A program made the translations under genes and the position numbers. A stretch of 64,000 nucleotides of DNA, taken from the IMG/VR virus record IMGVR_UViG_3300027970_000018; one strand, written 5' to 3'. Under the pieces are notes generated by a model, which made no database searches, was not told the DNA's origin, and saw only the letters and a program-made list of their open reading frames with translations. The stretch is from an uncultured virus (IMG/VR IMGVR_UViG_3300027970_000018) (lineage: Duplodnaviria; Heunggongvirae; Uroviricota; Caudoviricetes). Of the stretch, positions 55,710 to 64,000 are shown piece by piece (within the stretch, counting starts at the first letter, position 1; every line of letters starts with the position of its first letter).

Positions 55710-57546
55710 AAAAGATCCATTCTTAGCAGCTCTAGAGGAGGTAAATAAGAAGTATGGTGCAGAAGCAGTACAAGATGGCGATGCTATATTAGATATTGAG
55801 AGGCTAAAAACAGGATCACTTTCACTTGACCTTGCTTTAGGTGGTGGTTGGGGGGTAGGTAAAATAGCAGAGCTTTATGGACCAGAATCTTGCTTGTCGG
55901 GTGATACTTTTATCCCCTACGCCTTGAGAAAAGAGTGTGGAAAACTTAGAAATAAAAAAGGTGGTACTTTAAAATTATTATTTGAGAAGTTTAATAAGTT
56001 GCCCCTAACAAAAAGACATGCTAGGTTTATAAATCCATTAGAAGGGGATTTTTACACAGTTCCTTGTATAAATGAAATGAATAGGATAGAACATATAAAA
56101 ATAAAAGATGTTGTGTATAATGGAGTGAAACCTGTTTACAATGTACTGCTTGAAAATGGGATGCAGATAAAAGCTACGTTAGATCACAAGTTTTATGATG
56201 GAAGTAAATATACAATGTTAGGGAACTTAGTTGCTGGAGATATTGTACACATACATAATAATACAACATTTAAAGTTGATGAGTATCAATATAAGTACTA
56301 TAAAGAGGTTTTTGTAAAGTACCATCCATCTTGGAAACAGAAAATTGTAAATGGTTGCACATATTATAGAAACCATGTATCGAGAGCTATATTTGAAGCA
56401 AACATGAATGGTTATGATTATAAGGACTTTGTGAAATTACTTAACAGTGGTCCAAGCGAAGAGGCTTCAAAATTACTTACAATACCCGAAAAACATCATA
56501 TACACCACATTGATGAGGACATCACAAATAATTCACTAGAAAATTTATGTTTAATATCTTCTTCTGACCACGGTAAAATACACGCTAACGAAAGGCACAA
56601 TAACCTGAGATTTATATCTGTCCCAAAACAAATAGTTTCTATTGATTACGTAGGGGAAGAAGAAGTTTTTGATATAAAATGCGAAGACCCTTACCACAAT
56701 TATGTAGCAAATGGTTTTATTGTCCATAATTGCGGTAAAACAACTTTGTGTATAAGCTCTGCAGTTGAAGCCCAAAAGGCATTTCCAGATAAAAAAGTAT
56801 TGATTATAGATGCGGAACACGCACTTGACAGAAGATATTGCAAGAACTTGGGATTAGATATGAAAAATGTAGTGATTTCTCAACCAGATAATGGTGAGCA
56901 AGGGTTAGAGATTTTAGAGACATTTATTTCATCTGGCAGAATTAGTATTGCAATTATAGACTCAATAGCTGCATTAACACCAAAGTCAGAGATTGAAGGT
57001 GAGATGGGTGATTCTCAAATGGGGAAACACGCAAGACTTATGTCTCAAGCTATGCGAAAATTAACTGGTATTGCAAATAAGACAAAAACAACTCTTTTGT
57101 TTACAAACCAATTACGTTCTAAGCTTGGTGTTATGTTTGGAAACCCAGAGACAACAACCGGTGGGAACGCAATGAAGTTTTACGCATCTACACGAGTTGA
57201 TATGAGAAAAAAGCAAGGTGATAAAGTTGATGAAGTAGTTCAGAATATAGTTTCCTCTTGTAAAGTAGTTAAAAACAAGTTAGCACCACCTTTTCAAAAA
57301 TGTGAATTTACGATTGAGTTTGGAGAAGGTATTGATAAGGCAAGTGAGATTCTTACACTTGGAGTTGCAACAAGACTTATAGAGAGAGGCGGATCATGGT
57401 TCTCTTACCAAGGAGTTAAGATTGGAAATGGCATCACAGCAACAAAAGATATCCTAAGAGACAACCCACAGTTAATGGAAGAAATTGAAGATATAATCAG
57501 AAAAAACATAAGCGTATATGACGACATCGAACAAATTGCCGAATAA
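55687..57546 (+). CDS. recA: RecA recombinase containing an intein
   Basis: TGSLSLDLALGGG..ELYGPES | CGKTT..IDAEHALD..SQPDNGEQGLEI..DSIAALTPK.EIEGEMGD..ARLMSQAMRKL..ETTTGGNAMKFYAS; spliced length 339 aa. Confidence 0.97.
   Translation: MAKETEVKKDPFLAALEEVNKKYGAEAVQDGDAILDIERLKTGSLSLDLALGGGWGVGKIAELYGPESCLSGDTFIPYALRKECGKLRNKKGGTLKLLFEKFNKLPLTKRHARFINPLEGDFYTVPCINEMNRIEHIKIKDVVYNGVKPVYNVLLENGMQIKATLDHKFYDGSKYTMLGNLVAGDIVHIHNNTTFKVDEYQYKYYKEVFVKYHPSWKQKIVNGCTYYRNHVSRAIFEANMNGYDYKDFVKLLNSGPSEEASKLLTIPEKHHIHHIDEDITNNSLENLCLISSSDHGKIHANERHNNLRFISVPKQIVSIDYVGEEEVFDIKCEDPYHNYVANGFIVHNCGKTTLCISSAVEAQKAFPDKKVLIIDAEHALDRRYCKNLGLDMKNVVISQPDNGEQGLEILETFISSGRISIAIIDSIAALTPKSEIEGEMGDSQMGKHARLMSQAMRKLTGIANKTKTTLLFTNQLRSKLGVMFGNPETTTGGNAMKFYASTRVDMRKKQGDKVDEVVQNIVSSCKVVKNKLAPPFQKCEFTIEFGEGIDKASEILTLGVATRLIERGGSWFSYQGVKIGNGITATKDILRDNPQLMEEIEDIIRKNISVYDDIEQIAE
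55891..56730 (+). mobile_element. Intein (280 aa) with HNH homing endonuclease
   Basis: N-terminal CLSGDT, block B IKATLDHKF, HHIDEDITNNSLENL..H HNH motif, C-terminal VFDI..HNYVANGFIVHN|C. Confidence 0.93.
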
Positions 57547-57730
57547 CGACATCGAAGAGATGAGAAGAGTACTCCGAACAGTTAAAAGTGATTCGGAGTT
57601 GGCTACCAACAATGATGCTATTTATCAGCAACAGCTTAAAGCAGAAGTTGATAAAAAGATAACTAAAGGCTGGAAACCGAGAAGAATAAAGAGATACATG
57701 CTCGAAAACTATGGAATCGAATTAAAATGA
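57518..57730 (+). CDS. Hypothetical protein
   Basis: 70-aa ORF in operon. Confidence 0.55.
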   Translation: MTTSNKLPNNDIEEMRRVLRTVKSDSELATNNDAIYQQQLKAEVDKKITKGWKPRRIKRYMLENYGIELK

Positions 57731-58014
57731 ATTTCCTTGTTGTTTGTATTAACGCTAAGAAGCGTCCAGCAGATTTTCCAGTTGATAAGTGGATTATGGA
57801 AGAAGAAATTTACACCGTAGTTGAAAGATTAGAAATGGTCCGCCAAAATATGGCGATAGGATATGTTTTGAAAGAGATTGATTTATCAAGCGTCAAAAAC
57901 TACAAGGCATTCCACTCCAAACGTTTTCGACTTGCAACCAAGGTAGATTTAGAACTCCACAATTTGAGAGCAGAAATAATTGAAGAACAGAACCAAATAC
58001 CAGAATTAGCATGA
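57727..58014 (+). CDS. Hypothetical protein
   Basis: VVCINAKKRP..W..E..YTV pattern; ATGA-coupled. Confidence 0.65.
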   Translation: MNFLVVCINAKKRPADFPVDKWIMEEEIYTVVERLEMVRQNMAIGYVLKEIDLSSVKNYKAFHSKRFRLATKVDLELHNLRAEIIEEQNQIPELA

Positions 58015-58160
58015 AACATTTTCAAGTACACGTTACGTACAAAATAGGTGGTCCGAGATCACAAACCCTACTTGGGTTCATTCAGAAGAATGAACCAACC
58101 GCTGATGAGATTGAGAAAGCAATTAAAGAGCAACAAGGTGTTGCTGAACTGACTTTTTAA
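58011..58160 (+). CDS. Small hypothetical protein (49 aa)
   Basis: Manual translation MKHFQVHVTYKIGG...; ATGA-coupled. Confidence 0.5.
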   Translation: MKHFQVHVTYKIGGPRSQTLLGFIQKNEPTADEIEKAIKEQQGVAELTF

Positions 58161-58187
58161 GTTACACAATTAAAGTTCTTTCTTAAA

Positions 58188-58514
58188 ATGACAAAAGAAG
58201 AAGTTACATCAAAATTCAAGTTAGTATCAAACTCTAAACTATTCGGTTCAGAAGTAAAACCTGAGTACTATGTATTCGGATGCGCTTGTGGACACAGAGT
58301 AATTAGTTTGTTGAATATCTACGGAGCTATACCATTTTTTGTTGACTGCGAGAAGTGTGGAAATTTTATGAATCGCATTTACGATTTTGACGACAATCAA
58401 ACACCATCCACGCATAAATGGTTTGTACCAACACTCGAAGAAGTTCTACAAACAAAAGATGAGAATCAAGTAGCTTTCTATTTAGACTTTGGACTAAAAT
58501 TAAAACCACTATGA
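58188..58514 (+). CDS. Zn-ribbon protein
   Basis: CACGH...CEKCG motifs. Confidence 0.6.
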   Translation: MTKEEVTSKFKLVSNSKLFGSEVKPEYYVFGCACGHRVISLLNIYGAIPFFVDCEKCGNFMNRIYDFDDNQTPSTHKWFVPTLEEVLQTKDENQVAFYLDFGLKLKPL

Positions 58515-59008
58515 TAAAATATTTAATTGGGATTGATCCAGGATTAACTGGAGGAATATCTGTGCTCGACTCAGAGACAAATGAAGTGACAACTTACGCA
58601 ATTCCACGAGTTGGTAAAAACGATGTAAATGGACCAGAACTTTTGGAGATACTAAAAAAGTACTCGTCCGAAAAACACCTTGTAGCTATCGAAGACGTAC
58701 ACTCCATATTTGGTTCGTCTGCATCCTCTAACTTTACATTTGGAAGAGTACTAGGTACACTCGAAGGGTTGATAGTAGGTGCTGAATTATCTTGGATAAA
58801 AGTGCAACCAAAAGCTTGGCAAAAAGTCGCTTGGAATGGAATACCAGTCTTGTTCGATGCTAAAGGAAAGAAGAACACTAAAGGAATGTCTTTCCTTGCA
58901 ATTACCAGGCTGTTCCCAAAACAAAAATTCCTCAAAACAAAAGATGGAATTATTGATGCAGCACTTATAGCGTTTTATTTAAAAATTACGTATGCTACAA
59001 ACTATTAG
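58511..59008 (+). CDS. ruvC: RuvC-like Holliday junction resolvase
   Basis: IGIDPGLTGG, AIEDVH..F.FG..G, V.PKAWQK, DG..DAALIA. Confidence 0.85.
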   Translation: MIKYLIGIDPGLTGGISVLDSETNEVTTYAIPRVGKNDVNGPELLEILKKYSSEKHLVAIEDVHSIFGSSASSNFTFGRVLGTLEGLIVGAELSWIKVQPKAWQKVAWNGIPVLFDAKGKKNTKGMSFLAITRLFPKQKFLKTKDGIIDAALIAFYLKITYATNY

Positions 59009-59132
59009 ATTGCTCCGCAAGCCATTATTATTCACAATGTACCTACTAGCATTAATTGGTTTGAACCTCGGATACCCATTCAAAGTTCGCAGAGTAGCAC
59101 AAGGAACAACTTTTATCGAGATAATGGGGTAA
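58992..59132 (+). CDS. Small hydrophobic peptide (46 aa)
   Basis: Manual translation MLQTIRLLRKPLLFTMYLLALIGLNLGYPF... Confidence 0.35.
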   Translation: MLQTIRLLRKPLLFTMYLLALIGLNLGYPFKVRRVAQGTTFIEIMG

Positions 59133-59191
59133 AAAATTAAAAATAATATCAATTTTTATAAAAAAGTTGTTGGTTATTTAAAATATAGTAT

Positions 59192-59199
59192 TAGTTTTG
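59192..59199 (+). promoter_or_regulatory. Bacteroidota-type -7 promoter (TAGTTTTG)
   Basis: Consensus match upstream of the SSB-like gene. Confidence 0.55.
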
Positions 59200-59226
59200 T
59201 TGAAAATTTTAATTAATAAATAAGTT

Positions 59227-59925
59227 ATGGGAGCAAATAATGCAAGCAGAGAGAACATGAGATTCTTTCGTATCGTGGCAAAAGCTGACAAAGCAGATCA
59301 AGCTGGAAGAAGAGCTATCTGTGAAGTTACAAAAGGTGCAGACGGAAAGTATGTCGCATCAGAGTGGTTTAACAACATTACAGGTTGGATTACCAAATTA
59401 GGACAAAAAGAGTTTGAATGGGAAGGGAAGAAAAGTAAAATCCTTGTTATTCAATTAACAGATTCAGACGGTATCTGTCAAATCGAGGCTTCATTATCTG
59501 GACCATTTTTTGCAATTATCAATAGTTTGATTGGTGCAGATTTAACAAGAGAAGTTGAAATCAGTGCTTGGATCAAAGACGAAAAGTATGTTAATGCATC
59601 TTTAAAATATGCAGATGGTGATAAGTGTGAGTGGGCTATCCCAGTAGAAGACCAACCAAAACCAGTTGAGTATAAAAAACCAAGTGGTGAAATGGATAAA
59701 GATTTCACAAACGTTAAAGAGTTTTGGTCTAACCAGTTTTTAGCTTTAGCATCAAAAGCTACAAAAAGTAATTTTACTGGCACAGTGGCATCAACCCCTC
59801 AAGCACCAATTATGGAAGTGGAAGCTCCAGTTAATGCACCAGCACAGGAAGCAAATACAACTCAGAAGGCAGCACCAGTTAAAGCACCGGCTGTAGAGGA
59901 GGTTGATGATTATTTACCCTTCTAA
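59227..59925 (+). CDS. ssb: Single-stranded DNA-binding protein
   Basis: Ala/Pro-rich linker and acidic C-terminal tip EEVDDYLPF; recombination gene context. Confidence 0.7.
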   Translation: MGANNASRENMRFFRIVAKADKADQAGRRAICEVTKGADGKYVASEWFNNITGWITKLGQKEFEWEGKKSKILVIQLTDSDGICQIEASLSGPFFAIINSLIGADLTREVEISAWIKDEKYVNASLKYADGDKCEWAIPVEDQPKPVEYKKPSGEMDKDFTNVKEFWSNQFLALASKATKSNFTGTVASTPQAPIMEVEAPVNAPAQEANTTQKAAPVKAPAVEEVDDYLPF

Positions 59926-59943
59926 CTAAATAACAATTTTCAC

Positions 59944-60339
59944 ATGAATGTGATTGGAAAAAGTGAAGTATTTTGTTTCCCAAAATTAAAAATAAAAAGT
60001 GTTGTTGGAAAAATAGATACAGGTGCATTTGGTACATCTATTAGAGCAGGGGGCATAAAAGAGAAAAACAAAAAGCTTTATTTTTGGGTAGGTAATAGGA
60101 CAAACACTTTTGTATACTCTGATTACAAGATGGTGAAGGTTAAGAGTTCTTTTGGACACATTCAAAAAAGATACACAATAAAAATAGAAATTTCATTGGG
60201 AGATAGCAAGTATAACATTCATGTGATGCTTTCTGATAGAAGTAAAATGCCTTTTAAATACTTAATTGGTAGAAACTTCCTTAAAAAGTCTGGGTATATT
60301 GTTGATGTATCAAAACAATTTTTAATTTCAAATAAATAA
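59944..60339 (+). CDS. Retropepsin-like protease (RimK-associated 'ATP-dependent zinc protease' family)
   Basis: VIGKSE..KIDTGAFGTS..VKSSFG..RY..LSDRSKM...LIGRNFL. Confidence 0.8.
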   Translation: MNVIGKSEVFCFPKLKIKSVVGKIDTGAFGTSIRAGGIKEKNKKLYFWVGNRTNTFVYSDYKMVKVKSSFGHIQKRYTIKIEISLGDSKYNIHVMLSDRSKMPFKYLIGRNFLKKSGYIVDVSKQFLISNK

Positions 60340-60342
60340 AAT

Positions 60343-60834
60343 ATGACAGGAAATTCGTGGTTTACCGTAAAAGTAAAATACACACAGCAAAAAGAGGATG
60401 GAACCTTTGCTCGTGTAACAGAGCCATACTTATTAGCCGCAGTGTCATTCACGGATGCAGAAGCAAGAATATATGAGGAGTTAGGTTCAATAATACGTGG
60501 TGAGTTTATAGTGCTTTCAATTGCACGTACAGATATCCACGACATCTTTGCTTATGATGATGCAGATGTTTGGTACAAAGGTGTTGTATCCTACGACAAA
60601 ATGGACGATGAGGGAGGTAAGAAAAAGAAGATCAAAAACACATTCTTGATTGGTGCTGAATCAGTAAAAGAAGCGAATGATCGTCTTGTAGAAAGTCTAT
60701 CTACTCTTATGATTGATTACACTATTGATGGAGTTGTAGTAACACCTTTAGTAGATATCTTTCCTTTTGTAGATGTAGAGGATACGAACCAAATTACCCA
60801 GTCGGGTGATGGTGTTGATGAAGAACAAGATTAA
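60343..60834 (+). CDS. DUF4494 family protein
   Basis: WFTVKVKY..VTEPYL..A.SFT.AEARI..WYK..DE.G.KKK, a Bacteroidota family. Confidence 0.8.
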   Translation: MTGNSWFTVKVKYTQQKEDGTFARVTEPYLLAAVSFTDAEARIYEELGSIIRGEFIVLSIARTDIHDIFAYDDADVWYKGVVSYDKMDDEGGKKKKIKNTFLIGAESVKEANDRLVESLSTLMIDYTIDGVVVTPLVDIFPFVDVEDTNQITQSGDGVDEEQD

Positions 60835-60842
60835 AAACCTAT

Positions 60843-60870
60843 AAGTACTGTCGGTAAGCCGACAATACTT
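60843..60870 (+). terminator. Intergenic hairpin (terminator or mRNA-stability element) before the chaperonin genes
   Basis: AAGTACTGTCGG TAAG CCGACAATACTT. Confidence 0.5.
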
Positions 60871-60885
60871 TCTTAACACATTAAA

Positions 60886-61470
60886 ATGAAAGTACTTAGA
60901 AGTAATATTTTAATAGAAGAGATCGGATTTGCACCAACAAAAGCGGATGTAAAAGGTTTATCAAGTACTTGGGGAATATCTGAAAAATTGAGGGGACATA
61001 ATCCAATGAGAATTGGTGTTGTAAAATCAATCGGTACAGATACAACCACGGTACAAGAAGGAGATGTAGTTTTATATCTATCTCTGTATTTGATGAATAT
61101 ACCTGGACTTCCAATAAATCAGTTTATGATTTACGAAGGAAATTTGATGGGCAGATACGATGGAATCGAAAACAAAAACGGAACAATAAAAATGGAAAGA
61201 ATTAAATTTAATCCTTTATCGGATAGAATTATCGTCAAAAAAGACGAACCTGCTAAACCTAAAAATGGTTTGGTAGTTACGGATACAACAACCAGCAACA
61301 AACCACTTACAGGGACAATTGTAAGAGTAAGTGATTTCCAAGTAGAAAGACCGCTTGTAGTAAAAGAAGGTGATAGAATTATGTTCACTAAAGTTGCAGG
61401 AATGGAAATCGAGTTGGAAGAAGGTAAGTTCATAATCATGCGTGAAGCAGATGTAATCGGAATTTTTTAA
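60886..61470 (+). CDS. groES: Co-chaperonin with two tandem GroES domains
   Basis: Domain 2: PLSDRIIVK..GTIV.V..VKEGDRIMFTK.AG.EI..IMREADVIG; domain 1: VLRSNILIE..GVVKSIG..VQEGDVVLY..IYEGNLMG. Confidence 0.85.
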   Translation: MKVLRSNILIEEIGFAPTKADVKGLSSTWGISEKLRGHNPMRIGVVKSIGTDTTTVQEGDVVLYLSLYLMNIPGLPINQFMIYEGNLMGRYDGIENKNGTIKMERIKFNPLSDRIIVKKDEPAKPKNGLVVTDTTTSNKPLTGTIVRVSDFQVERPLVVKEGDRIMFTKVAGMEIELEEGKFIIMREADVIGIF

Positions 61471-63078
<1,608 letters not shown>

Positions 63079-63084
63079 TACGCT

Positions 63085-63303
63085 ATGAAAGATGAAAAGT
63101 TTCAACAATTGCAGTTAGAAAAACTGAGGAGTGGAGAAGCAGGTTGCTACGAAGATGCATCTATTTACACAGTGCTTTTAGATTTAGTAGAAGGTAACGG
63201 AGTAGACACTGTATATGAAATGTTAGTACAAGTTGCAGCAAATATTTCTGTACTACCTGAATTAAAAGATGAGATTTTAAAATCGCTCACTTTTAAAAAA
63301 TAA
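63085..63303 (+). CDS. Hypothetical protein
   Basis: 72-aa ORF after groEL. Confidence 0.55.
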   Translation: MKDEKFQQLQLEKLRSGEAGCYEDASIYTVLLDLVEGNGVDTVYEMLVQVAANISVLPELKDEILKSLTFKK

Positions 63304-63319
63304 GTGAATTAATAGGCCT

Positions 63320-63410
63320 AAGTGGTGGTACTCTATAATGCTTACCAAGGAGAGAGAACTTCCGAACAAACACAGAGGTTGGAAATGAGCTAACCAACAC
63401 ACCACCACTT
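63320..63410 (+). ncRNA. Candidate structured intergenic RNA
   Basis: Perfect 10-bp closing stem AAGTGGTGGT/ACCACCACTT enclosing CTCT/AGAG and GTTGG/CCAAC hairpins. Confidence 0.45.
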
Positions 63411-63425
63411 TTAAAATTAAAAAAT

Positions 63426-63782
63426 ATGACACATTACGTAATAGCAAAGAAAAGTGACTATACTTATCTAAAAGATTATAGACAAAAATTAGTTAACATT
63501 TATATCATAAAAGATGATAAGGAAGCACTTCCTGAAAGTTTTGTGGGGATATTTATAGATGTATCTGAATCTCACCCATTATTTGAGAAAATCGACTTTT
63601 TATTAGCACAAGTAGCTGACTTGTCTGAGAGAGATGACTATGAACCATTATATTCTCAAGTAAAACTAAGGTTTGATCTCCTAGTTAGTTGGATAACTCC
63701 AGGGAGTATAAAAGAAGAGCATGACGAGGCAGAAGAGTCTTTTAAGTATTTTTCTAAAAACATACACGAATATTTGCCCTAA
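63426..63782 (+). CDS. Hypothetical protein
   Basis: 118-aa ORF with A-rich initiation region. Confidence 0.6.
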   Translation: MTHYVIAKKSDYTYLKDYRQKLVNIYIIKDDKEALPESFVGIFIDVSESHPLFEKIDFLLAQVADLSERDDYEPLYSQVKLRFDLLVSWITPGSIKEEHDEAEESFKYFSKNIHEYLP

Positions 63783-63791
63783 AACAGTTAG

Positions 63792-64000
63792 ATGAAAGGA
63801 GATAAAACACTCAACAGTCTTCCACCTTGGACAGATGATATGCACAAAATATTCTTGAAAGACTTAAAGGAGCTACAATCTGTTACAGTACTTCCAAAAG
63901 AAAGTTTTTCTTCTCAACCTGCTGTAATACCACTTGATTTCTTGCTCCGTGGAAAACAACTTCTAAAAGAAATACTTGATGAACAACAAGAAGTAATATC
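63792..64000 (+). CDS. Hypothetical protein, partial (runs off the right edge)
   Basis: Manual translation MKGDKTLNSLPPWTDDMHKIF..., no stop before the window end. Confidence 0.5.
   Translation, partial: MKGDKTLNSLPPWTDDMHKIFLKDLKELQSVTVLPKESFSSQPAVIPLDFLLRGKQLLKEILDEQQEVI

Overview
A 64-kb slice of a large, AT-rich (roughly 35% GC), standard-genetic-code dsDNA phage with the virion-gene layout of crAss-like (Crassvirales-type) phages of Bacteroidota; the many TAnnTTTG promoters support that host phylum. The minus-strand block (1-51.4 kb) encodes terminase, portal, major capsid, auxiliary capsid and ring proteins, a lysis cassette, Cys-rich tail proteins, a 2228-aa muzzle/tail-stabilisation protein, an M15 peptidase and giant ejected 'cargo' proteins. 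The last cargo gene (5743 to beyond position 1) is missing from the ORF track; I translated it by hand and it is a polyvalent protein with three LPD23-like + zincin modules, a fourth HExxH and an ADP-ribosyltransferase-like domain. The plus-strand block (51.5-64 kb) encodes an HTH/Rep-like protein, RecA split by an HNH intein, RuvC, SSB, a retropepsin-like protease, DUF4494, a tandem-domain GroES and GroEL. The most unusual signals are: (i) a strand-polarised 10-mer CGAACCATTT found 10 times, in three reading frames and in non-coding DNA; (ii) a promoter-driven cluster of two non-canonical tRNA-like RNAs with large insertions, separated by other structured elements; (iii) promoter-short RNA-terminator units around the strand switch; (iv) a recurrent M-[KA]-x-G-G-T peptide; (v) small domains shared between unrelated virion proteins. 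All family assignments come from motif recognition and synteny, not from database searches.
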